NCBI GenBank assembly: GCA_045643885.1
Contig: JAZRFY010000026.1
Span: 3,953-67,952, forward strand
Length of the DNA stretch: 64,000 nucleotides
DNA from: Eubacteriales bacterium
GTDB taxonomy: Bacteria > Bacillota > Clostridia > Oscillospirales > CAG-272
Direction of reading: 5' to 3'
The notes under the pieces were generated by a model. The model did not search any database and was not told the origin of the DNA. It worked only from the letters and a program-made list of their open reading frames with translations. This document shows, piece by piece, positions 36,464 through 45,054 of this stretch; positions within the stretch are counted from its first letter, which is position 1, and each line of letters starts with the position of its first letter. The position numbers were made by a program, and so were the translations under genes.

Positions 36464-37531
36464 ATGACTACAGAACTTATTATTGGTATTGCCGCCGTTG
36501 CGGTACTCTTGTTGCTTCTTATCGTTTGTAATATCCGAATCGTTCCCCAGTCTAAGGCTTGGGTTATGGAACGAATCGGCGTTTATTCCAGAACATGGCA
36601 CACAGGCTTGCACATTAAGCTTCCTTTCATCGAAAAGGCTGCTAAGAAGGTAGACCTTCGTGAACAGATTTTGGTTTGTGGTGAAGGCTTCAACCATGGT
36701 CAGTATCATAAGCATGAACGCCACAAGGTTGAGTATGCTTCTGTTTCTTCCGGTGTTGATTCTCAGTCATCTGTAGCAGCATCTTCTGTAGCTGCTTCTG
36801 GTACTGGTTCTAAGGCTGTTAACAATTCTGCAAATGGTATGGCTTCTACTAGAGCCAATGCTAGAGCAGAGGGTGCATCTTATAGCGTACTTTCTACAAA
36901 TATGCACAAGGGTGGCAATCATTCACCTTATTCACAGCCTGTTATCACTAAGGATAACGTATCTATGGAAATTGATACAGTTGTATTCTATCAGGTAACT
37001 GATCCTAAGCTTTATGCTTACGGTCATGCTAACCCCCTTAAGGCAATTGAACACCTTGTTGCTACATCTCTTCGTAACATCGTTGGTGGCCTTGAGCTTG
37101 ACGAAACACTTACATCCAGAGAGTATATCAACTCTAAGATCAGAGTAGTTCTTGACGAAGCTACAGATCCTTGGGGTATTAAGATTACACGTGTTGAGCT
37201 TAGAAACATCATCATTTCCGATGTTGAGCTTGCAGAAGCTATGGAAAAGCAGATGATCGCTGAACGCGAAAAGAGAGCTGCTATTCTTAGAGCAGAAGGT
37301 ATCAGCCAGGCTGAAATCCTTGAGGCACAGGGTAAGGCAGAAGCTATTAGACTTGTTAACGAGTCCAAGCCTTCTCAGGAATTCCTTACAATCCGTGCAC
37401 TTGAAGCATATGAAGTTGCTGCTCAGGGTCAGGCTACAAAGATTATCGTTCCTTCAAACCTTCAGTCCCTTGCAGGTCTTGCATTGACAGGCTCTGAAGT
37501 ATTTAAAGAAGGCGAAAAGATGGGCGAATAA
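36464..37531 (+). CDS. SPFH/band-7 (stomatin/QmcA-like) protein with a ~87-aa insertion in the SPFH domain
   Basis: N-terminal TM segment, then VPQSKAWVMERIG, VDLREQIL...[insert]...QPVITKDNVSMEIDTVVFYQV, and a C-terminal coiled-coil AEREKRAAILRAEG. Confidence 0.88.
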   Translation: MTTELIIGIAAVAVLLLLLIVCNIRIVPQSKAWVMERIGVYSRTWHTGLHIKLPFIEKAAKKVDLREQILVCGEGFNHGQYHKHERHKVEYASVSSGVDSQSSVAASSVAASGTGSKAVNNSANGMASTRANARAEGASYSVLSTNMHKGGNHSPYSQPVITKDNVSMEIDTVVFYQVTDPKLYAYGHANPLKAIEHLVATSLRNIVGGLELDETLTSREYINSKIRVVLDEATDPWGIKITRVELRNIIISDVELAEAMEKQMIAEREKRAAILRAEGISQAEILEAQGKAEAIRLVNESKPSQEFLTIRALEAYEVAAQGQATKIIVPSNLQSLAGLALTGSEVFKEGEKMGE

Positions 37532-37549
37532 TTCGAACTAAAACATTTT

Positions 37550-37586
37550 GAAAGACACAAGTAAAGCTTGTGTCTTTCTTTTTTTA
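37550..37586 (+). terminator. intrinsic terminator
   Basis: aaagacacaag-taaag-cttgtgtcttt followed by a T-run. Confidence 0.85.
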
Positions 37587-37604
37587 TAATATTTTCCAAA
37601 CCCT

Positions 37605-37633
37605 TTGACAAATGGCTATATATATAGTATAAT
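37605..37633 (+). promoter_or_regulatory. sigma-A-type promoter (TTGACA-17-TATAAT)
   Basis: TTGACAaatggctatatatatagTATAAT. Confidence 0.65.
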
Positions 37634-37680
37634 ATTTAAATGTAGAAAAAATCTCAAATCGAGAATGAAAAGGAGCAAAA

Positions 37681-38427
37681 ATGCCTAAGTTTTTTATTAA
37701 CAAAAATCAAATAGATGGAGATATCATAAAGATTGTCGGTGAGGATTCACACCATATTTCACGTTCTTTGAGAATGGCTTGTGGTGAGAAGATTAACGTT
37801 ACCGATGACGAGGCTTATGAATATGAGTGCACACTTGAAACCTTCGGTGAGGGCTTTGTTCTTGCGCGTATTGAGTCCAAGCAAATGTCCAATGCCGAAT
37901 CTCCCATAAAGGTGCATTTGTTTCAAGCATTGCCCAAGGGTGAAAAGCTTGATCTAATCATTCAAAAATCCGTAGAATGTGGAGTTTATGATATAACCCC
38001 GTTTGAGAGTGAATATTGTATTGCAAAGGCTAAGGGTGATTCCGAAGGCAGAAAGAACGACCGTAGAAGCAAGATAGCTCTTGAGGCTGCAAAGCAGTGT
38101 AGAAGAGGAATTATTCCTAAGGTTAATTCCACTGTAACGTTTGACCAAATGATGGGCAAGGCTTTCCTTTCCGATGCTGTTCTTTTTTGCTATGAAGGAG
38201 AAGGCACCGTTGTTATGGGAAAAATGCTTAATGAATTAAAAAACACCAAGGAAATCAAAGAGCTTTCAATTATAATAGGAAGTGAAGGGGGCTTTTCACC
38301 TGCTGAGGCAGAGAAAATGCAAAAAGCCGGTGCCTTTATGATTGGTCTTGGCAAACGCATTTTGAGAGCTGAAACTGCCGCTATAATGGCTTTAAGCTGC
38401 CTTGTTTACGAGTTTGAACTCACTTGA
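37681..38427 (+). CDS. rsmE: 16S rRNA (uracil1498-N3)-methyltransferase RsmE
   Basis: N-terminal PUA-like domain (HHISRSLRM) and a C-terminal SPOUT region IGSEGGFSPAE...LGKRILRAETA. Confidence 0.9.
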   Translation: MPKFFINKNQIDGDIIKIVGEDSHHISRSLRMACGEKINVTDDEAYEYECTLETFGEGFVLARIESKQMSNAESPIKVHLFQALPKGEKLDLIIQKSVECGVYDITPFESEYCIAKAKGDSEGRKNDRRSKIALEAAKQCRRGIIPKVNSTVTFDQMMGKAFLSDAVLFCYEGEGTVVMGKMLNELKNTKEIKELSIIIGSEGGFSPAEAEKMQKAGAFMIGLGKRILRAETAAIMALSCLVYEFELT

Positions 38428-38504
38428 TTGTGCATATTTACAGTGCTTTACACTAAAAAGCACAAAAAAAATTAAAAAAATTAGAGAAAATATCAAAAAC
38501 CCTA

Positions 38505-38533
38505 TTGAAAAATAACAAAAAATGTAGTATGAT
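38505..38533 (+). promoter_or_regulatory. sigma-A-type promoter (TTGAAA-17-TATGAT)
   Basis: TTGAAAaataacaaaaaatgtagTATGAT. Confidence 0.5.
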
Positions 38534-38586
38534 ATAGTATAGTATGTACAAAAAACTAATAATCTTATAAATGTGAGGTTTATTTT

Positions 38587-39672
38587 ATGTCTAACAGATT
38601 ATTTCAGGGTGTAGTTCATCAGATGAAGGACGCGGTTGATCGCGTTATCGGTGTCGTTGATGAAAATGGTGTTGTAGTAGCTTGTTCTGAGCTTCCCAAA
38701 ATCGGTGAAGTAAAGCAGGGAGTTGCTGAAGAAATTTCTTACACCGCAAAAACATTTACTTTGTTTGGTAATACATATAGCCCTATTTCATCCGGCTCTA
38801 AATCCGAGTTCTTCGTGTTCGTTGAAGGTGAAGATAAGATGGCTGAAAAAATTGCCAAGATTCTTGTTGTATCTTTTGCTAATATTAAGAACCTTTATGA
38901 TGAAAAATATGATAAGGGATCTTTCATCAAGAACATCATTCTTGATAACATTCTTCCCAGTGATATTTACATCAAGAGCAAGGAATTGCATTTCAATACC
39001 GAAGAGGTAAGAATCGTATTCCTTATCAAGTTCTATGGCAGAACTGATATGATGCCTTTCGAAATGCTTCAGAATATGTTCCCTGATAAGTCCAAGGACT
39101 ATGTTATCAGCGTTGGTGAGCAGGATGTTGTTCTTGTTAAGGACATCAAGCCCGGAACTGAACGTCGCGAAATAGAGAAGATGGCTTCTGGTATCGTTAC
39201 AACTCTTAATAACGAATACTATGCTAAGGTTGCTATCGGTATCTCTACAGTTGTAGATAACATTAAGGACCTTGCAAGAGCTTACAAAGAGGCTCAGGTT
39301 GCGCTTGACGTAGGTAAGGTTTTTGAAACTGAAAAGAATATCATCAGCTATGAAAACCTTGGTATTGGAAGACTTATTTATCAGCTTCCTACAACAATGT
39401 GTGAAATGTTCCTCTCTGAGGTATTTAAGAAGGGTAGCCTCGATTCTCTTGATAGAGAAACTCTCATGACTATCCAGTGCTTCTTTGAGAACAATCTTAA
39501 CGTTTCCGAAACTTCAAGAAAGCTTTTTGTACACAGAAATACACTTGTATACAGACTTGAAAAGATTCGCAAGCTCACAGGTCTTGACTTGCGTGAATTC
39601 GAGCATGCAATCACATTCAAGGTTGCACTCATGGTTCAGAAATATCTCAAGTCCATATCCTCAAAATATTGA
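38587..39672 (+). CDS. PucR/CdaR-family transcriptional regulator
   Basis: C-terminal PucR-type HTH NVSETSRKLFVHRNTLVYRLEKIRKLTGLD. Confidence 0.8.
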   Translation: MSNRLFQGVVHQMKDAVDRVIGVVDENGVVVACSELPKIGEVKQGVAEEISYTAKTFTLFGNTYSPISSGSKSEFFVFVEGEDKMAEKIAKILVVSFANIKNLYDEKYDKGSFIKNIILDNILPSDIYIKSKELHFNTEEVRIVFLIKFYGRTDMMPFEMLQNMFPDKSKDYVISVGEQDVVLVKDIKPGTERREIEKMASGIVTTLNNEYYAKVAIGISTVVDNIKDLARAYKEAQVALDVGKVFETEKNIISYENLGIGRLIYQLPTTMCEMFLSEVFKKGSLDSLDRETLMTIQCFFENNLNVSETSRKLFVHRNTLVYRLEKIRKLTGLDLREFEHAITFKVALMVQKYLKSISSKY

Positions 39673-39685
39673 TTTGTACTTGAAT

Positions 39686-39713
39686 TAAGCGAAACGGTAT
39701 ACCGTTTCGCTTA
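39686..39713. repeat. perfect 28-nt palindrome/hairpin after the PucR-family gene (no T-run)
   Basis: TAAGCGAAACGGTATACCGTTTCGCTTA. It may act as a terminator-like hairpin or as a protein-binding site. Confidence 0.7.
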
Positions 39714-39761
39714 GTCTCGTTCATAAAACCATAACCGTTGTTCTATAGGATGGTGAATAAT

Positions 39762-41150
39762 ATGAAAAATAAGATAATAATTTCGATAATTTGCTTAGTT
39801 TTGTTAGTTGCAACAGCTATTGCTGTGGTTGCTTGCACGTTCCCAAATAACAACGAAACTACAAAACCCAATAATAATATCCAGGCACCCGGTGATGACG
39901 AAAGAGAACCTATTGATTATACAAACTCTCTTTTGTTGATAGATGCTATCTTCAGCAATTATTCAATCTTTGATATCGATTACGAAAAGACTATGCTTGC
40001 TGCTATTCGAGGTTACGTTGATGCAACCGGAGATAAGTATGCTATGTACTATACTCCCGAGGAGCTTGAAGATTTGTATTCCGAGAATAACGGCGACCTT
40101 TACGGCATCGGTGTTCAGGTAATATTCGATTATGAGGAATATTTCATGGAGATAGTTCTCATAATGCCCGATTCTCCTGCTCAGGGCAAGCTTGAGGTTG
40201 GAGATAAGGTAACACACATCATTCTTGATGGTGAAAGAATTTCTCTTTCTTCAATCGTTGAAGATTATAAGCAAAAGTATGTAACAATTTATCCCTCCTA
40301 TACCGAAGAAGAGATAAATAATGCGGCTTGCTATGATACCTTCCAGTATGCTGTTTCAAAGCTTAAGGGCGCTGAGGGAACTTACACCGAATTCGTTATC
40401 GATAGAGACGGCGTTTCTATGGATATGAAGATTCAGCGCGCAAAGGTTAAAACCGTTTCAGTTACAGGAAAGGTGTCTATCAAGGATAAGACTGTTGGTA
40501 TAGTTTCTATTTCTCAGTTCGATCTTACAACGCCCACTCAGTTCAAGGAATGTATGAATACCTTGATAGCAAGTGGATGCAATAAGTTTGTATTTGACGT
40601 TAGAAACAATCCCGGTGGTGATCTTGCGTCAGTTGTTGCCGTTCTTAGCACAATTCTTCAAAAAGGTCAGGTAATCCTTTCAACAAAGGATTCATCCAAT
40701 CAAGTTGAAATTACTAAGGTAAAGGCAGTTAACTACGGTTCAACCTCTGATTACGTAACGTGTAACGTTACAGAATCCGAGATCGGTATGTACAGTAAAT
40801 ATAAGATGGTAGTGCTCGCAAATGAAAATTCCGCAAGTGCAGCTGAACTTTTCACTGCAGCAATGCGTGACCATAACGTAGCTAAGGTAGTTGGTGTAAA
40901 AACCTACGGCAAGGGAAGCGTGCAGAGCATTATTCCTCTCTCATATTACGGTGATAAATACTACGGAGCTATCAAGCTCACAACTAAGCTTTATTTCCCA
41001 CCATGTGGTGAGGGTTATGACGGTGGTATCGGTATTGCTCCTCATTATGCAGTTGAGCTTGAGGGCATTGCTGCAGAAACACATTTCTATAAGCTTACTG
41101 AAGAAATTGACAATCAGCTTCAAAAGGCTGTATCAGTACTCGTTGATTAA
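39762..41150 (+). CDS. S41 family C-terminal processing peptidase (Ctp-like) lipoprotein
   Basis: Signal ...AIAVVAC, a PDZ-like region, then NPGGDL, NENSASAAELF and KTYGKGSVQ. The start at 39762 is preferred; 39750 is possible. Confidence 0.88.
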   Translation: MKNKIIISIICLVLLVATAIAVVACTFPNNNETTKPNNNIQAPGDDEREPIDYTNSLLLIDAIFSNYSIFDIDYEKTMLAAIRGYVDATGDKYAMYYTPEELEDLYSENNGDLYGIGVQVIFDYEEYFMEIVLIMPDSPAQGKLEVGDKVTHIILDGERISLSSIVEDYKQKYVTIYPSYTEEEINNAACYDTFQYAVSKLKGAEGTYTEFVIDRDGVSMDMKIQRAKVKTVSVTGKVSIKDKTVGIVSISQFDLTTPTQFKECMNTLIASGCNKFVFDVRNNPGGDLASVVAVLSTILQKGQVILSTKDSSNQVEITKVKAVNYGSTSDYVTCNVTESEIGMYSKYKMVVLANENSASAAELFTAAMRDHNVAKVVGVKTYGKGSVQSIIPLSYYGDKYYGAIKLTTKLYFPPCGEGYDGGIGIAPHYAVELEGIAAETHFYKLTEEIDNQLQKAVSVLVD

Positions 41151-41183
41151 TTTGATTTTTATTTATAGATAGGAGATTTTATT

Positions 41184-41666
41184 ATGGCAAAGGCTAAACA
41201 GATGTTGTATACAAAAGAAGGTTTCCAGGCGCTTCAGGACGAACTCAGAGAGCGTCAGACCGTTAAACGTGAAGAAATTAAAGAGGCAATTGCTCTTGCA
41301 CGTTCTTTCGGTGACCTTTCCGAAAACTCTGAGTACGATGAAGCAAGAAACGAACAGGCTAAAAATGAATCAAGAATTCTTGAGCTCCAGGCTTTGATCG
41401 ACAATGCACTTATCGTTGACGAAACAAAGATCGATTCCAGTGTGATCAGTATCGGTTCAACAGTTAAGGTTTACGACTATGACCTTGAAGAGGAAGTAGA
41501 GTATAGCATCGTTGGTTCTAACGAGGTTGATCCTCTTGCAGGTAAGATTTCCGATCAGTCTCCCATCGGTCACGCATTGATGGGTAAGGCACAGGGCGCT
41601 GAATTCAGCGTTGAAACACCTGCTGGTACACTTACATTCAAGATTCTTGAAGTATCAAGAAAGTAA
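41184..41666 (+). CDS. greA: transcription elongation factor GreA
   Basis: GDLSENSEYDEARNEQA and the C-terminal FKBP-like domain. Confidence 0.95.
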   Translation: MAKAKQMLYTKEGFQALQDELRERQTVKREEIKEAIALARSFGDLSENSEYDEARNEQAKNESRILELQALIDNALIVDETKIDSSVISIGSTVKVYDYDLEEEVEYSIVGSNEVDPLAGKISDQSPIGHALMGKAQGAEFSVETPAGTLTFKILEVSRK

Positions 41667-41679
41667 TTTGGAGGCTATT

Positions 41680-43191
41680 ATGGCAGATATTAATAACATC
41701 AATGAAGAAGTAGTCGTTGACGAAGAGAAGGAATTAAATTCCATACTTCAAATCAGACGTGATAAGCTTGCTGCTCTTAAGGAAGCTGGCAACGACCCCT
41801 TCCAGAAGGTTAAGTACGATTTTGACACTTATAGCATTGACATCAAAAATAACTTTGATGAATATAACGAAAAGGATGTTAAGATTGCCGGCAGAATTAT
41901 GAGCCGCCGTGATATGGGTAAGGCAAACTTTATCGACGTTATGGACGGCAAGGGCAGAATTCAGTGCTACATCCGTATCAATGATATCGGTGAAGAAGCA
42001 TTCGAACAGTATAAGAAGTGGGACATCGGTGATATCGTTGGCGTAAGTGGTAAGGTGTTTCTTACACGCCGCGGCGAGATTTCTGTTCACGTTCAGTCCA
42101 TCGAGCTTCTTGCTAAGAGCTTGCTTCCTCTTCCTGAAAAGTTCCACGGTCTTCGTGACACAGATCTTCGTTACCGTCAGAGATATGTTGACCTTATTAT
42201 GAATCCCGAGGTTAAGGACACATTCGTTAAGCGTAGCCTTATCCTTAAGTATATCAGAGAGTACCTTGATGGCAAGGGCTTCCTTGAGGTAGATACACCT
42301 ATCCTTGTGCCTCTTGAAATCGGCGCTAGTGCACGTCCCTTCAAGACTCATCATAACACCCTTGATATGGATATGTATCTCAGAATCGAAACTGAGCTTT
42401 ATCTTAAGCGCCTTATCGTAGGTGGTATGGATAAAGTATATGAGGTAGGCCGTATCTTCAGAAACGAGGGTATGGATACAAAGCATAATCCCGAATTTAC
42501 ATCTATCGAGCTTTATCAGGCATTTACTGATTATAAGGGCATGATGGATCTTGTTGAAGAAATGAACAAGATGCTTGCTGAAAAGGTATGTGGCACAACA
42601 CTTATTACATACCAGGGCAAGGAAATCGATATGTCCAAGTGGGAAAGACTCACAATGGTTGAGGCTGTTAAGAAGTATGCAGGCGTTGACTACTATGATT
42701 GGAAGTCCGATGAAGAAGCAAGAGCTTGTGCTAAGGAAAAGCACGTTGAAGTTCCTTCAAATGCTACAAAGGGCACAGTACTTGTTGAATTCTTTGATGC
42801 ATACGTTGAAGAGCATCTCATTCAGCCTACATTTATCTACGATTATCCCGTAGAAAACAGCCCTCTTGCTAAGAGAAAGCCCGAGGATCCTGCATTTACT
42901 GAAAGATTTGAATACTTTATCAATGCAACTGAATTTGGCAATGCATTCAGTGAGCTTAATGATCCTATCGATCAGAAGGAACGTTTTGAAAAGCAGGTTG
43001 CTGCTAAGAAGAAGGACGAGCCTAACTGCAACGCAGAGGTAGACTATGACTACGTAACTGCTCTTGAGTACGGTCTTGCTCCCACAGGTGGTCTTGGCTT
43101 TGGTGTTGACCGTCTTGTAATGCTTCTTACAGACTCTGCATCTATTCGTGACGTATTGTTGTTCCCAACAATGAAGCCCCTTGCAGAATAA
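41680..43191 (+). CDS. lysS: lysine--tRNA ligase (class II)
   Basis: OB anticodon-binding domain, FLEVDTPIL, FRNEGMDTKHNPEFT and GLGFGVDRLVML. The start is set at the ATG at 41680 (GGAGG 5 nt upstream); the track start at 41611 overlaps greA. Confidence 0.96.
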   Translation: MADINNINEEVVVDEEKELNSILQIRRDKLAALKEAGNDPFQKVKYDFDTYSIDIKNNFDEYNEKDVKIAGRIMSRRDMGKANFIDVMDGKGRIQCYIRINDIGEEAFEQYKKWDIGDIVGVSGKVFLTRRGEISVHVQSIELLAKSLLPLPEKFHGLRDTDLRYRQRYVDLIMNPEVKDTFVKRSLILKYIREYLDGKGFLEVDTPILVPLEIGASARPFKTHHNTLDMDMYLRIETELYLKRLIVGGMDKVYEVGRIFRNEGMDTKHNPEFTSIELYQAFTDYKGMMDLVEEMNKMLAEKVCGTTLITYQGKEIDMSKWERLTMVEAVKKYAGVDYYDWKSDEEARACAKEKHVEVPSNATKGTVLVEFFDAYVEEHLIQPTFIYDYPVENSPLAKRKPEDPAFTERFEYFINATEFGNAFSELNDPIDQKERFEKQVAAKKKDEPNCNAEVDYDYVTALEYGLAPTGGLGFGVDRLVMLLTDSASIRDVLLFPTMKPLAE

Positions 43192-43200
43192 TTAAAAAAT

Positions 43201-43233
43201 AGAGCCCAGAGAAATTCTCTGGGCTCTTTTATT
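43201..43233. terminator. bidirectional intrinsic terminator
   Basis: agagcccagag-aaatt-ctctgggctct flanked by an A-run and a T-rich run. Confidence 0.8.
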
Positions 43234-43239
43234 ATTATT

Positions 43240-45054
43240 TTATTCAGTGATATTTTCATATCTCTCGTCGTCCTTGAGTATCCACTTGTCAAAGATTACA
43301 AGCAATGAGGGAAGTACGAAGAGAATGAGAATAATAGCGCAGAAAGCACCAATACTGAGTGTCTGAAGGATTGCAGCAACTGTACCTGTCATAAAGAAAC
43401 CGCAAACGAATGTTACCATAACCATGATCAATGAAGATGTAAGGATAGCATAAGTTGATCTTCTCATTACCTCGGGTAATGTTTCTTCAATGGGGTGAGT
43501 TTTTCTGATTTCCTTATAATAAGTTGTAAAGAGAATTGCATAGTCAATCATCGTTCCCATAAGGATACACTGAACGAGGATGAGTGCTATAAAGAACATA
43601 GGAGAACCTGAAATGGTCATTACGCTCATCATAGCAAATACCGCGCATTCAATTACGCAAATAAGAAGAACGGATACTGGGATGTTTTTGAAAGTAAGGA
43701 ATACTACGATAAATACCACCAAAGCAGTTACGCAAGTGATGAGAAGGAATTCGCTGTTGAATGTTTGTGAAACCTCATAAGACATTGCAGAATTACCTAC
43801 AAGATAATAATCTCTTGCCATGATGGAATCAAGCTTTGTAGTAAGATTCTCATAGAACGCCTTGATTTCGGGGGATTCGGGAACATAATTCAATGTGATA
43901 ACCATTCTTGAGTGCTCAGGTCCAACCAATTGAACAATACCGTCTGCCATCTGAACCTTGGCATCATCAAGCTGCTTTGCAACGTCTCCATCGAAGAATG
44001 AAGAGAATGATTCGTTAGAAACGATTGTGTTGCAAATGAACATAAAGAAGTCATACAAAGCAATCTTTTTATCGGAATAGTCAATCGTATTGCTTCTTGA
44101 CATGATGTAAAGAAGAGTTACAGTATCCTTGTTAAGCATATCTGCACTAGCGCCACCCATAGAAGAGAACATATCAGCAATATCATCGGGGTAGAGCAAT
44201 GTGTTTTCTTCAACTGATTTAGCAATTGAGATCAAGGATTCAAGCTGTCCTGACTGATCTGTGGGAAGAATACTGCTTACAAGGGGATAAATAGATGAAA
44301 GGGTTGAAACAAAATCGTTAAATGTCATCTTTTCAACGGGTTTAACGTTGAAGAGGAGCTCAATCGTTTCAGAATCCATGCCGATAATATCAGCAGCTGT
44401 ACCGAATATTGTTCCAAGTGCATTTGAAGGAGAGATATTGATTATTTGCTTAGCGTAGAATATTATCTTAACAAGGTTTGCATCAACGCCAAACAATTCG
44501 CCAATCTCATTTGCAGAGTATTTTTTACCGTTTGTAAGAGCATCGATGAGATCACCAAGCTGATAAATCTGAGCTTTGCTTTCTTCATCAATCATTGAAC
44601 TGAACATTTCATTTTCAAGGAATGCATCGGAAGAGATAAATGAAGCAAAATCAGTGAACGTCATGCCTTGAGCAAGCATTCCGTTTTCATAAATATAAAA
44701 CAATGTGTTAAGGAACACAATATCGATACCAAGCATTTCAGAAAACTCGGAAGGGGACATTTCAAGGCCCAAAGTGTTTGCGTATGCTTGAATTGAGGTA
44801 ACGTGCTCATCCTTTTCAAGATATTCGATGAGCTGAGCGATGCTTTCCTCGTCGTAGTTATTATAAACAATAACAACAGTATCGTCTTGAGGGAATATTT
44901 CAGTTACAATACTTTCTTCTGCATATGTGTATTCAATAATAGTTATGGACTGAAGAATGAACACAGTGATAAACAAAACCAATCCGAAAACAGCGATATA
45001 TCTTCTGTTTTTATAGCTAAAACGGCCAATTGATGAAACTATTTTCTCAAACAT
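43240..45054 (-). CDS. MMPL/RND-superfamily transporter, C-terminal half (TM7, large external domain, TM8-12)
   Basis: One N-terminal TM, about 400 aa of extracytoplasmic domain with repeated ...F.DF...-type helical motifs, then a 5-TM bundle. The start is set at the ATG at 45054 (GGAGGTGA upstream, ATGTTTGA overlap with the upstream stop). Confidence 0.75.
   Translation of the reverse strand: MFEKIVSSIGRFSYKNRRYIAVFGLVLFITVFILQSITIIEYTYAEESIVTEIFPQDDTVVIVYNNYDEESIAQLIEYLEKDEHVTSIQAYANTLGLEMSPSEFSEMLGIDIVFLNTLFYIYENGMLAQGMTFTDFASFISSDAFLENEMFSSMIDEESKAQIYQLGDLIDALTNGKKYSANEIGELFGVDANLVKIIFYAKQIINISPSNALGTIFGTAADIIGMDSETIELLFNVKPVEKMTFNDFVSTLSSIYPLVSSILPTDQSGQLESLISIAKSVEENTLLYPDDIADMFSSMGGASADMLNKDTVTLLYIMSRSNTIDYSDKKIALYDFFMFICNTIVSNESFSSFFDGDVAKQLDDAKVQMADGIVQLVGPEHSRMVITLNYVPESPEIKAFYENLTTKLDSIMARDYYLVGNSAMSYEVSQTFNSEFLLITCVTALVVFIVVFLTFKNIPVSVLLICVIECAVFAMMSVMTISGSPMFFIALILVQCILMGTMIDYAILFTTYYKEIRKTHPIEETLPEVMRRSTYAILTSSLIMVMVTFVCGFFMTGTVAAILQTLSIGAFCAIILILFVLPSLLVIFDKWILKDDERYENITE

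Noticed and set aside
36674-36934. The SPFH insertion as an intein, intron or mobile insertion.
   Set aside because: It has no intein splice motifs (no Cys/Ser...His-Asn-Cys) and no endonuclease, RT or transposase. The frame is open and the sequence is low-complexity. It is interpreted as a loop expansion.
41734-42744. A 336-aa minus-strand ORF inside lysS. Similar antisense ORFs lie at 28790-29683 (in tig), 12450-13070, 25675-26217, 36149-36724, 55889-57019, 58398-58982 and 60024-60573.
   Set aside because: All lie fully inside well-supported conserved genes on the other strand, and their composition is low-complexity or odd. They are typical shadow ORFs in a codon-biased genome.
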